Positions 34,898 through 47,720 of a stretch of 64,000 bases of DNA are shown piece after piece (the stretch's first letter is position 1; each line of letters starts with the position of its first letter). The stretch spans positions 173,042,001 through 173,106,000 of the forward strand of contig OX597815.1 in assembly GCA_951406725.2 (NCBI GenBank). Reading direction: 5' to 3'. Under the pieces are notes generated by a model that searched no databases, was not told the origin of the DNA, and saw only the letters and a program-made list of their open reading frames with translations. This DNA is from Octopus vulgaris (taxonomy: Eukaryota). The position numbers and the translations under genes were made by a program.

Positions 34898-35774
34898 CTG
34901 AAAGAAAATAAAAACCAAAAATTTTTAAAAATGTACCTTCCACAAGTTTTATAATAATAGCAGAGAGATGGATGACTGAACTAGTGATAGTTGAGCGTTT
35001 GATGGCTTCAAATACTGAATTTACATTCTGCTGGAAAGGTTATAAAGCACACAGAAATAAGTAGTAAAAACTAACACATAATGTAACTCAGATTAATACC
35101 AAAAATAATATAACATTTGAATGGTTATTAGTACAATATCTCCTTAATATTACTTTTGTCAAATCCATCTGCTTGTTTCTGTTGAGACACTCAAGAATGT
35201 GAACTAGACTAAGAAATATATTAATAGGTTAGTTGTTGATCAGCTATAATACATGTAATTATTATGAGCCAACAAGGAGACCTTTAAATTTAGTTGTTAG
35301 GAATAGCAACTAAATTTCCCTAAAATAACAGTCATCTCAAAAAGAAAGTTGTGGGAAAGCAACATTAGTTAATGTATTCCTAGAAAGATGAGATGGTCAT
35401 GACTGGCAGGCCTTTTTTATAAGTTTGCTCAATCTGACACTAAACTTGTAAATTGTTAATAAATCTACTGTACAAGCATTTTCTATTTTTAAGTTATTGC
35501 ACTTGAAATTTAAAAAAACCCCCACAATTTGGCCTCTTAAATAAATTATTTTCTACTTCAAACAAAACACACACACACAAGTTTAGTGTCAGATTGAGCA
35601 AACTGCTATTATTATAAAACACACACAAAGTGTAAATGTAAAAATGTAAGCATTTATTGTTTTTTTTTATTTTTTAATGTAAACAGAAAACCATAAATTA
35701 TTGGAAGCGAAATATTGTCAAGTAGGTCAATATTTGACAGGTATATTTATTGCATAGATTTCAAAAAGACATCG

Positions 35775-35930
35775 GCTTGGCTGTGTGATTAAGAAACTTG
35801 CTTCCTAACCATGTGGTCTTGGGTTCAGACCCACTGTGTGGCCCCCTTGGGCAAGCATCTTCAATGATAGCCTCGCACTAATCAAAGCCTTGTGAGTGGA
35901 TTTGACAGACAGAAACTGAAAGCAGCCTGT
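35775..35930 (+). mobile_element. tRNA-derived SINE, family A
   Basis: Shared head and body. Confidence 0.8.
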
Positions 35931-36855
35931 CACATATATATATATATATATATATCATCATCATCATTTCACGTCCGCTTTCCATGCTAGCATGAGGTGT
36001 GTGTATATATAACTAATAATTATGTGCCTCCATGTGTGTGTGAGTGTATAATTAATAATTATGTGTCTCCGTGTGTGTGTTTGTGTGTAACCTTGTCTTG
36101 ACATCATGTGACAGTTGTAAATGAGCATAACCATCAAACAATGAAAACATGCCTGGCCAAGGGAATAGATGAGGCAATAGGAAGGGTATTTAGTCATAGA
36201 AAATTTGCCAGAATAAATTCTGTCTGACCAAACAAGCATAGAAAAGTGGACATTAAATGATAACGATAAATAACTATGATGACTGCAACAGGATTTGTAC
36301 CTTAATACTACAAGTAATTTTTACTGCGGCTCAGCTGATTCTGCCATCTGCTACTCTTAGTATATTGATAGCTAATATTGTTTGTTGGTAATTTATTTAA
36401 ATGTCACTTGAAACAGTAAGGTGGGTGAAAGTTGGTACATATGAAGCGGAGAGTTGATATTCATTTAACATAAATTAGGACAAACAGGTAAAGGTGTGGC
36501 AAATAAAGACAAATATATGGTAGATAATAGTTATTTAAAAAAAAAAAAAATCATATATTCATTATTATAGCTTTTATAGAAGAATATTCTTCTGAATACC
36601 ATTCAATGCTGAAGAAAGAATCATACTTTTTCCAGCTAATTTGATGGTAGTATTCAGAGTAATCAACCTTGATTAACAATCTTGACTATAAATAAACCTT
36701 TATTTCTTTTGTAACAAAAGAAGTCACATAAAAGAAAACTTATGAATAATTCTTTTTCCTTTAAATTGCACATCTCAAAGTCAGCCATGAGGGTAAAAAT
36801 TGGAAACCATAAACTGACAATTTAGTATGCTGTTTAAACAGCTGTGGGAACTTAC

Positions 36856-36945
36856 ATGATACTTTTTCAAAGCATCTTCATCATCTTCTTCCAACAGCAG
36901 TTGAATACGCTTCAGCTGCAACAAATGTTCTTCATTCTCTTGTAG
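36856..36945 (-). CDS. ACTR5: ACTR5 exon (LQENEEHLLQLKRIQLLLEEDDEDALKKYH)
   Basis: GT-AG, phases 0->0. Confidence 0.9.
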
Positions 36946-38220
36946 CTGAAATAAATATAATAACCCACTGTGGTGAATAAAGAACAAGCATAGTATTACA
37001 GTAAGCAAAAGCACAATAAACATTCTGAAAGTCTAGTAATGAGTGAACAACAGAATCTTTAAAACATTGTACAAAATACCTTGTTGTAGTATTTGGCTAT
37101 GTCCTGGCATAACTATTGATTTCTGCCCTACCCTGACTTTGGATGATCATAACTTTCAGAAAAATGGAAATTTTTTAATGAAATTTTCAACGAATATGTG
37201 TTATGTCATGTAGATTCTGAATATACAAAATTTTGGCGGGGAAAGTGTTTAGGAGAGGGTGGGCTAGGGAACTTCGGAAAATTCACTGGAGTCCACTTCA
37301 ATTCCTTTTAAGTTTCAAGAAAATGGATATTTTTTTAACAAAATTCTTTACAAATATACCTCGGACTATGTAGATTCCGAGGACATAGGGATTTTGGGGG
37401 AAAACAATTGGGGGTTATTTTTGAGAACCGTTCCCCACTCGCGGGTGTTTCGGAACAAGTTCACTTTTGTTTCACTTTTTCCATTTTGTGGGTTTGTACA
37501 TCCATAGATTTCTACCACCCACCCATCTATACACACACATGTAATTAAAAAAGTTCAAATGTGGAATTATTCCATTCAATATCATGTTTATTATAGATAT
37601 TATGTAACAAATTATACTTTATACTTCTATATTTAACTGTGCATGTATATTCCTTATTTTTGCTTCTGGTGTCTTTTACCTTTCTATTAGAAACGTTTAC
37701 CTGGGAATTTACTTAAAGTGGAAAAAAATCGTATGCGACAGCTAAGTCGTCATAATAACATACTTCTGTGTACCAGCTGTTATTTTTAGCATAACGAGTT
37801 TTCTGGTGAGGGCTTCATTTAGCTTCATTGCCTGTTTGTTACGTCAGTAGAAATCTACGGATGCACAAAGTTATCATCCAAAGTCAGAGGTGGGGGGCAG
37901 AAATCTGTAGTTATGCCTGTGTCCCTTTACATTCTGAGTTCAATTCTGCCCAGGTTTACTTTACCTTCATTATTTTATGGTTAATAAAATAAGAACCACA
38001 ATATAAACATCTATACTCTAGTAATATCACAGTTCAAAGATTGAAGCAAGTAAATGACTACAAAAGAAAAACTATGGAAAATAATGTGAGAAATGATATG
38101 TAATCTTCTGAAACATTTTCTTGCTATTGAAACTAAGCAAATTCTTCCAATAACAATAAATCAAAGAATTTTAAAATTATTTCCTAATTTTTCATTTTTT
38201 CATTTTAAAAGTGTCATGGC

Positions 38221-38245
<25 letters not shown>

Positions 38246-38252
<7 letters not shown>

Positions 38253-39015
38253 GATCTTGCATACATGAAGTGGATTCGATCCACCATAGCCAAATTTAAA
38301 TTAACACTGCAACAGAACTTTTCCTATGGTGGAACAATGGTTTTTCTCTGACAGCAGTTTTGCATTTTCTAGATGCCTCTAGCTAGGCCGAAATAATGTC
38401 TTTACTACTTGACCCTTTCTAGATGCCTTTAGCTAGGCCGAAATAATGTCTTTACTACTTGACCTCTTCTACTTCACCAAAAGCTGGAATAGAGATAACA
38501 AGACCACCAACTATTGTTCTCAATGATATATCTATCCTAGATAGTTATAAAAGCAAGAACACCCCAAGCAAAAATTAGTCGGTGATGACTCAACGAGTCC
38601 AGTCACATGGTGACGACTAAACGAAGTCTGGCTGACCAGCTAGAACCTTGGTCAGAGGGAGAAATGAAGTTTATTGTCAGCAACTGTGAGACATCGTCCC
38701 ACACCCTACAACTCTCACTAGCTCTAATTCTGTTCTCTTGCAACATCATTCTATCTCTCTCTGTAATTACTACTAAACAATGAAGAGGACAAACTTTGCT
38801 TTGCATGCTTTTGGATTTATCATAACCTGCCCATCGAGGCAAGGTATTGTAACTTAACAGTAAATAAATATTTCCTTAAAACTTCATGCATTGTTCATCT
38901 TTCACATCCTACAGTATGCAATTATAACAACAAATTTTTATAGTTACAACTGCTGACTCCGACATTTCATAATATTGTGTAACTAATCAATCTAGCCCGC
39001 TACAATTGGTGACCC
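38246..39015 (+). mobile_element. LTR (~759 bp) plus primer-binding site of a Gypsy-like LTR retrotransposon; internal region missing
   Basis: Termini TGTAGTGG...CCGCTACA, followed at once by attggtgaccc (PBS-like). TATAAAA at ~38546, AATAAA at ~38863; internal 50-bp tandem duplication at 38365-38464. Confidence 0.75.
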
Positions 39016-39035
39016 TTGACTTCAACTAAAAACTT

Positions 39036-41958
39036 TATCGCGACTTCAGGATCAGAGCTAAATGGTTGCCCAGAAGAAGACCAGCTTGGAGGAGAAGGGT
39101 CTGGAAGCTTAAAGATCCTGCAAATGGACAGAGATTTAGAGACATACTACTCGAAGCCTCTGACGAAATAGAAGGGGATATAGCTTCACTTAATGTGGAA
39201 GACAACTGGAGATTCCTACGGGACAATCTGCTGACAGCCACTGACCAGATCTGTGGATGGAGCAAAGTACCATCTCGACCCAGAGTTACATGGTGGTGGA
39301 ACACGGTGGTTGACGGGGCTATTAGACAAAAGAGACAGGCTTGGAAGGACTGGAAGAACGGTGGTAGCAGGGAATTGTATCAGACAGCCAAAAGGGAAGC
39401 TAGGAGACAGGTTTATTTAGCCAGAGGGGAAGCGGATAAGAAAAAATTTGCCAATGTTCTGAGCCGTGAGGATGAAAGACTTGAGGTATTTCGTGTTGCA
39501 AGACAGTGTGTGAGAGAGAATCGTGATGTGGTAGGAGAGAAGTGTGTTCGCATGGATGATGGTTCACTTGCGCTAAATGAGGATGCAAAGAGAGAGGTTT
39601 GGAGATGCCACTATGAAAGTTTGCTGAATAAAGAAAATGAATGGGATAAAGAGAGTCTGCCAAATGTTGACCCAACAGAGGGACCAGCTATCCGAGTTGA
39701 TAGTTCCGTGGTAGCTAAGGCAATTAGAAGCATGAAGACAGGGAAAGCCCCAGGCCCATCAGGAATTACTGCAGAGATGCTCAAAATATCTGGCAGTGTC
39801 GGCTATAACCTAGTCACCCGTATAGTCAACCAGGTGATACACGAAGGAGTCATACCCAGCATACTAGTCAACTGCTACAAAGGTAAAGGTGATGCCCTGG
39901 ATACAAATAATTACAGAGGTATCAAGCTGTTGGATCAGGTAATGAAGGTTACGGAGAGGGTCATAGCCCAACTAATTAGAGAGAGAGTTAGTTTAGATGA
40001 GATGCAGTTTGGGTTTGTCCCAGGGAAAAGCACCACTGATGCTATATTCCTGGTAAGGCAGCTGCAGGAGAAATACCTAGCCAAGGATAAGCCCCTGTAC
40101 CTGGCTTTCGTTGACATGGAGAAAGCCTTTGATAGGGTCCCCCGATCCCTCATCTGGTGGTCAATGAGGAAACTAGGGATAGATGAATGGCTGGTGAGGG
40201 CTGTGCAAGCCATGTACAGAGATGCCGTAAGTAAGGTTAGAGTTGGCAACATGTACACAGAAGAATTCAAAGTAGAGGTTGGGGTCCACCAGGGTTCAGT
40301 ACTCAGCCCCCTCCTATTTATCATAGTCCTCCAGGCAATAACGGAGGAATTCAAGACAGGTTGCCCCTGGGAGCTCCTTCTATGCTGACGACCTCGCTCT
40401 AATCGCTGAGTCACTATCAGAACTGGAGGAGAAGTTCCAGGTGTGGAAGGAGGGTTTAGAATCGAGGGGCCTTAGAGTCAACCTAGCTAAAACCAAAGTA
40501 CTAATAAGTAGAAAGGTAGAAAACCCACAAATATCCTCAGGAAGATGGCCCTGCTCGATCTGTAGAAAAGGTGTAGGTAGAAACTCTATAAGATGTACCC
40601 AGTGTAAGCTATGGACACATAAGAGGTGCAGCAATGTCAAAGGTAGGCTAACTGGGAAGATAGTTTTTGTATGTGGCAGGTGCTCTGGAGCATTGACCTC
40701 CGAAAATCTGCAGAAAACAACTTCTGTCACTTTCCGGGGGAAAAACTAGAAGTAGTTGATAGCTTCCGCTATCTAGGTGACCAAGTCAGTAGTGGGGGTG
40801 GGTGCGCTGAAAGTGTAACTGCTAAAATAAGAATAGCCTGGGCAAAGTTTAGGGAGCTCTTACCTCTGCTGGTGACTAAAGGCCTCTCGCTCAGAGTAAA
40901 AGGCAGACTGTATGGTGCATGTGTACGAACAGCTATGCTACATGGCAGTGAAACATGGGCCGTGACTGCTGAGGACATGCGTAAGCTCGTGAGTAACGAA
41001 GCCAGTATGCTCCGATGGATGTGTAATGTCAGTGTACTTACTCGACAGAGCGTTAGTACCTTGAGAGAAATGTTGTACCTAAGAAGCATCAGTTGTTGTG
41101 TGCAAGAGAGACGATTGCGCTGGTATGGTCATGTGGCGAGAATGGATGAAGATAGGTGTGTGAGAAAGTGCCAATCCCTAGCAGTTGAGGGAACCCGTGG
41201 AAGAGGTAGACCCAGGAAAACCTGGGACGAGGTGGTGAAGCACGACCTTCGGACGTTAGGTCTCACCATGGAAATGACTAGAGACCGAGACCTATGGAAG
41301 TATGCTGTGCGTGAGAAGACCCGGCAAGACTAGTGAAGCCATAATCCGTGGCCCCTACCTGGGACGTAGTCAGTCCACCTGTGCATACCTTCCTTCTTGT
41401 GACACTTGTGAAGACCTGTTGAGGCAAGTGAGAATCGAATCGTATCGAATCAAATCGAACCAAATCAAAATAGATGAACATCAATGGAATTTGTATCCTT
41501 GTGGTACCAGTGCCGGTGGCACATAAGAAAACCATCCGAACGTGACCGTAGCCAGTACCGCAATGACTGGCCTCCGTGCTGAGGGCACGTAACAAACACC
41601 ATCCGAGCGTGGCCGTCCGCCAGCCTCGTCTGGCACCTGTGTCGGTGACACATAAGAAAACACCATCCGAGCGTGGCCGTCTGCCAGCCTCGTCTGGCAC
41701 CTGTGTCGGTGGCACATAAAAAACACCATCCGAGCGTGGCCGTCTGCCAGCCTCGTCTGGCACCTGTGTCGGTGGCACATAAAATCACCCACTACACTCT
41801 CGGAATGGTTGGCGTTAGGAAGGGCATCCAGCTGTAGAAACACTGCCACATCTGACTGGCCTGGTGCAGCCTTCGGGCTTCCCAGACCCCAGTTGAACCG
41901 TCCAACCCATGCTAGCATGGAAAGCGGACGTTAAACGATGATGATGATGATGATGATG

Positions 41959-41960
<2 letters not shown>
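39036..41960 (+). mobile_element. 5'-truncated RTE LINE, second subfamily (RT + PHD + thumb + 3' array)
   Basis: ORF pieces 39066-40388, 40441-40749 and 40671-41333 are collinear with the 28755 copy. Units at 41510, 41576, 41639, 41703 and 41766; (gat)n tail. Confidence 0.95.
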
Positions 41961-42009
<49 letters not shown>

Positions 42010-42869
42010 ATAATTAATCAAACTTCAGATTTACTAACAGTATCAGATAAAAACTGGAGCTGATAACAGCCATAGAAGGTATTACATTTTGAGTACATTC
42101 ATTTTGTTTTTTCATGCTGGCATGGATTAGATGGATGATAATAAAATGTTTTATACCAGTGAACAAAAGTTGCAGTGAAATTTCATTTCCGTTGTGAATG
42201 AAGAATAACCAATTATATTAAAATAATCTCCCTTATCTTCATCATTTACCTTGTGTATGACTTGATACCCTGTCACCACCATCTTCATGTCCCTTCCAGC
42301 TGCTCTTATCCACCCCACATAATGCAGTGCAGTCATGTATTTCCCCTATAGCAAGACACCTGTGCATGTCACACTATCATTCTTTAGACTTCAACACCTG
42401 GTATAAAGCCACCTCCCCCATAGTCAAAGAAGCCTTTTTCTTTCTTCTCTCTCTGTCTTGCTGGTGTCACAAAGAAGGACCCAGCACATACTATTAAGTG
42501 TTTGGCATTAGGAAGAGCATCAGCCATATAAACCATGCCAAAGCTAACATTGGAGCCTGATACAGTTCTGTGGCTTGGAACCTGTCAAACCATCCAGCCA
42601 GTACAAGCATTAAATGATAATGATGAAGTGAATCTTGGTTCTGGTCTCAGACAACCTAAAATGATATGTTAATGTTGCCTATGAAAGAAAAATTAGGCAG
42701 TCAAATTTTTCACAAACTAAATCCAAACTGCAACAAGCTAGAAACTGAATGAGGTGAGAATTTATCAACATCATATGAAAAAATATCCATATTTAAACTA
42801 TGCTTTCTAAATACTCAAGAGAAAAATAACTACATGAAGCAAAAAGTAGTAATAAAGAAGAGATTTTAC

Positions 42870-42968
42870 CTTATCTAGTCTTCTTTTGGCATTTATTTCT
42901 TTCAGTCTTCGAATATGTTGTTCACGGCGTTCTTTTTGCTGTTCAAGAGTTATTTGAGCTTCTGTTGT
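42870..42968 (-). CDS. ACTR5: ACTR5 exon (TTEAQITLEQQKERREQHIRRLKEINAKRRLDK)
   Basis: GT-AG, phases 0->0; RRL.E.NA.RR motif. Confidence 0.93.
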
Positions 42969-43442
42969 CTGGAGAAAAAAAAAAGCAATAGCATTTTATC
43001 AAAGACTTTTATAATGCTGAACAATTTAAAAAAATTTTTTAGTATCAACTAGGGCAGTATTTATTTTCAACTATTTTGACTCAGACAAATAAGTTTAATG
43101 CACTATGTTGTTCTCATTCCCAAACTTCAATTGAATTTTTTTTCTATTTATGAGAGTATCAAAATAAACTACACATTAGGTACAATATGATAAAACATTA
43201 TTAATTATTAGAATGTTTTGGTTTACCTCCAACACTTATGACAGTGATTATCATCACCATTGTCTATTTAATGTCTATCTTCCCATGCTTTCATGGGTCA
43301 GATACCCTTCTTATCACTGTCCCTCTCCATTTTCCAGGTAAGGTAATATTTCCCCTTGGCCAGACATTTTTCACAGAAGACTTGAAACAAATGATAACTA
43401 TCTCATAATGTCAAGACAAGGGAACACAAACATTCACATACA

Positions 43443-43592
43443 AGTTTCTTTTAGTTTTCATCAACCAAATGTGCTCATAAGGCTTTGGTCAACCCAGGGC
43501 CATAGTAGAAGATACTTGCCCAAGGTATTACACAAGGAGACTGAATTAGTAAACCATGTAGTTTGGAAGTGAACTTCCTGACCACACGCCAT
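43443..43592 (-). mobile_element. tRNA-derived SINE, family A
   Basis: Reverse-complement match to the family. Confidence 0.75.
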
Positions 43593-44636
43593 GTGCAATC
43601 TTTTTTACTTCACATAAATATGTTGAACTTTTGAAAGTATTCATTAGTAAATATTTTCTTAACCATTATCTATTTAATCAAAGCTAAAGTCTATCTCATG
43701 GATGAATGCTTGTAATTTTATTAAATTGATTAAAAAACATTTCTTCTAAGCATAATTTCTTCCAAGTACATGAACAGTTTGTTACATTAAATTGAGAACT
43801 TCATTTGCTATTCTGCTTCATTAATTAAAAGGGGGTGAAACCTAGTAGAAAATAACAATAGTCTACATTGCCAATAAAATGTTGCTAAAACTTGTAAAAT
43901 AAATTTGCATGCAAGATGTAAATTTATTACAATATTTATTTGTATATATTCTGATTCAAGGTATTGTTGTCATCGTTATTTAACATCTGTATTCCATGAT
44001 GGTGGGTGGGTCGTTTGGTTTGACAGCATTCAACTAGCCTGAGGGTTACACTGGTCTACAATGTCTGCTTTGGCGATATTTCTACAGCTGGATACCCTTA
44101 ACATGAACTGTTTTAGAATGTATTGGATACTTTTTTCAAGACACCAGCATAAGTGAGGTCACTGAATAACTCACAAGACTCTTTGACATAGTAGAGGAGC
44201 AGAATTGAAGGAGGTGGCTTTGTGCTAAGTGTAGAGCAGTTAAAAGTAGGAAAGAGGGACAGGAACTGGTGTCTTGCTGTAGAAGAGATGCATAACTAAC
44301 TCAGCAGGAAAGGGAGAAAGAATGGTGGAAATGGGGTATCAAAGTGTACCCTCAAGGTACAAAATGAGAATCAAGGATGGCTAGGTAGGTTCACAAGAGC
44401 GTGAACAACATTTTCAGCTTGTGGCTATAGGAAAAGACACTCGCCTAAGATGCCATGCAATAAGATTAAATCCCAAACTATACAGTCACAAAGCAGACTT
44501 CTTAACCACACAACCATGTCTGCACCTGTAATGTAATACAGAACCATTCTTATACTGCAAAGCACAATGTTCTCTTCAAACACTGTACTGAAATGCATAT
44601 AACAGAAACACTGCACTGCTATACATGTAACCAGTG

Positions 44637-44944
44637 AAGGCATATGACTTAGTGGTTACGAGTATTCACTCATGATCGTATGGTTATGAGTTTAATTCCA
44701 AGTGGTGTGTTGTGTCCTTGAGCAAGACACTTTACTTCATGCAGCTCCAGTCCACTCAGGTGGCAAAAATGAGTAGTACCTGTATTTCAAAGAGCCAGCC
44801 TTGTCACACTAAATTTCCCTGGGAACTATGTTAAGGGTACGCATGTCTGTGGAGTGCTCAGCCATTTGCACGTTAATTACATGAGCAAGTTGTTCCATAG
44901 ATCAGATCAATTGGAACTCTTGTCATTGTAACCGACTGAGTGCT
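44637..44944 (+). mobile_element. tRNA-derived CORE-like SINE (family B)
   Basis: tRNA-like head, core tgtgtccttgagcaagacactttac...ccactcaggtggcaaaaatgag, tail shared with the 23218 copy. Confidence 0.75.
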
Positions 44945-47559
44945 AGTTATATACAAAACCAATAATAAAAAAATATAAAGAATATACACAATGTTCCTAC
45001 TTAAGCCATAACAGTTATTTAGTACCTACAATGCAGCAAGTATCTAGGTGTTGCAGATGTTTTAGAAGTATAATTTAAGGCTTTAGAAAATCCCTGCTCA
45101 TGCTTGAGGGTTTTGAAAATATATTATAATATTGCTATATACATGTAGGTTTAGTAAAACCAGTTAACCACCATATATATAAACTATCAAACATTCCTTC
45201 ATAACTAGCCATGTGAAGTGTGCCAATAATTTTTTTTATATATGACATTCTGTACACCTCAAAGTCAAGAACACTGAGAATCTTTCATCTTCAGGAACAG
45301 ACTGCTAAACAGCACCTTCCCCACACCATAAATCACCGTATGCCGGAATGATGAGGAAGGTATATTTGGAAAGCTGGATCCTATGACTCACATCCAGTCA
45401 TTCGACCGTTGGTTGATCAAAGCTACAGAATGACAACGGCGCCAGTAACACCCGACCAGAAATACCCTATCTTTTTTATTGACCGAGTCTTCGATATTAA
45501 AAAAAAAAAATTTTAATGTTGAAACTCTTGCGAAAATGGAATTTATTTCACTTAAACTGGGCAAAATATATTTAAATTTACAAACCTATTCAACGAAAGA
45601 CATAAGATGTAGTCTAATGATTATAGTGTCGAAACTAAAGTATAATTAGAAAACAGTTTGTGAGAAAGACATAGAAAAAGGAGATCGCGAAAAACTATCA
45701 ACACCGCTAATAGGGGGATGTGAGAATATTTTTCAAAGCAAAATATAAACGATGTTTATATCTTGCGGCTGTTTTGTCACTAAAATAAACAACATATTTA
45801 ATTGGTGGACCAACGAGAGTGCTACCACATGGTCGTTCAGCCTAATACAAATAACGAAAACTCTTCCAATTTATGCCCTAAAGGGACAGATACGCAAAGC
45901 TTAAGAGAGGATGGGTATGTCTGGAACGCCTTTGAACGCAGATCTCCTCAGAAGATAAACAATAAGCCATTCAAAATTTGAAGAAATGGTATTTCAATAT
46001 GACTGGATAATTAATATAATATTCATGACATATCGCTTGATTTTACACTGTCACCACAAAGACCTAACATTTGATGTTCGCATATTGTTCTTTCACATTT
46101 TTTAATTCTTCAAATGAATATATTTTACAATAGTAGTAATAAATAATTTTGACTTCCCCTACAATACTTAATAAGAAATAAAGATAGTTTTTTTTAAAAT
46201 ATTCATTAAAGAAGCCATTGTTTAATTATTCAAGCTTTTATTTTGGAGTTGTACTTGATTTTAAGTAATTCATCATTTGCATGTGTGGGTAGCGGCGGCA
46301 CTACTTATATAAAATGGCCATAACCGAGAATCGAAACCATGCTGCAGGCTCAGCAGCTCGATGCAAGTTCATCTCTATGAGGAAAATCACAAGGGTTGAG
46401 GTGGGGGGAGAGCCATATGTATTTTTTACTGATTTGAATTTTGTTGTAAACAAAAGCGAATCTTTTTCGATCTAACTATAAACAGCGACAAGCTAGTTCC
46501 CTTCTGTTCAATTAGAAAAAACAAAATATTTTATTTTGAGAATTATAATAAAAACCGTTAAAGCCATGATTTCGGACGCTAACTAAAAAAGGGATACGGA
46601 AATCTTATCGCGTACACGGAACATATGGACTACTTTGTTTATTAATCTTTCGCGCACTGGGTAATAAATCTCCTGATATATGAAATATAAAAAAACGTGA
46701 TGGTCGTTATGGAACGACTCTGATCAGGATAATGTAATGTAGAGAAAAAAAATAGGGCACTGAAAATGAAAATAAACGACTGAATCTATCTTTATAAACG
46801 AAATAAAAAATGAGGATTTAGTATACAAAGCATTTAATCCAATGGCTTACATATGCGTGTGTTTACATTTATCAAACAGACTTTAGTGCTGATTATAAGG
46901 TGAAATTTAAATGAGAATCTAGTTTACTATGACTAATAATGGAATAAAATCTAGAGAGTTGATAATATTCTAGTACCAAACTGCAAATTCAACTTGAATC
47001 GTATAAAGTCCTTCCACGAGGAAACAATTCAAATTTATTTAGGCCAAAAAAATCAAATAAATAATATATAAAACGGTCTGCCCGTGTTTCGAATACAACA
47101 GCTTTATATATATATATATATAGCTCCAGCATGACCGCAGCCACATGGCTGAAATGAATAAAAGGATTATAACAATTGTTTATGTTTTAATTTAGGTAGA
47201 GTCATCGTAATAAACACTATAAACACTAATCAGTTTTTATCGACTATTTCCGAAATATAATAATATTAGTTTCAACAACACACGGTTTCAGATTGAACCA
47301 CAATTCTTGGAAAACAAATTTCCAAGAGATGTTTATGTGTGCGTGCGTGCCTGATTTCACGAAACTCCCGACCCTTGAGTAACTGTGTGAAAAATTACAT
47401 ACATACGTACATACATACATACGTATATGCATGCACGCACGCTCGCACGCACGTCCGCACGCACGCGCGCGGACACACGCGCACACACCTACACACATAC
47501 ACAATTTTAAAAAAGAAGTTCGATAATGTTGATCTTAGCAGCAGTGAAGGAAGAAGCCA

Positions 47560-47720
47560 TTGCTGCGCGTATGTATGTGAATCATTCATTGACTTGCTAG
47601 CCTTTAGAAGCAAATAATTGACATTTCTTCAACAAGCTTGTGTGCCATCACAAAACTTCCATCATTCGTATCAAGACTGCTGCTACTCACAATTAAGTGG
47701 AAAATATATATTTATATAAA
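47560..47720 (+). promoter_or_regulatory. Candidate TSS and non-coding first exon of the nested plus-strand gene
   Basis: Follows a CpG-rich (CACG/CGCA)n tract; donor-like AAA|gtaagg at 47721. The nested gene has an acceptor at 51576 upstream of its ATG. Confidence 0.3.
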
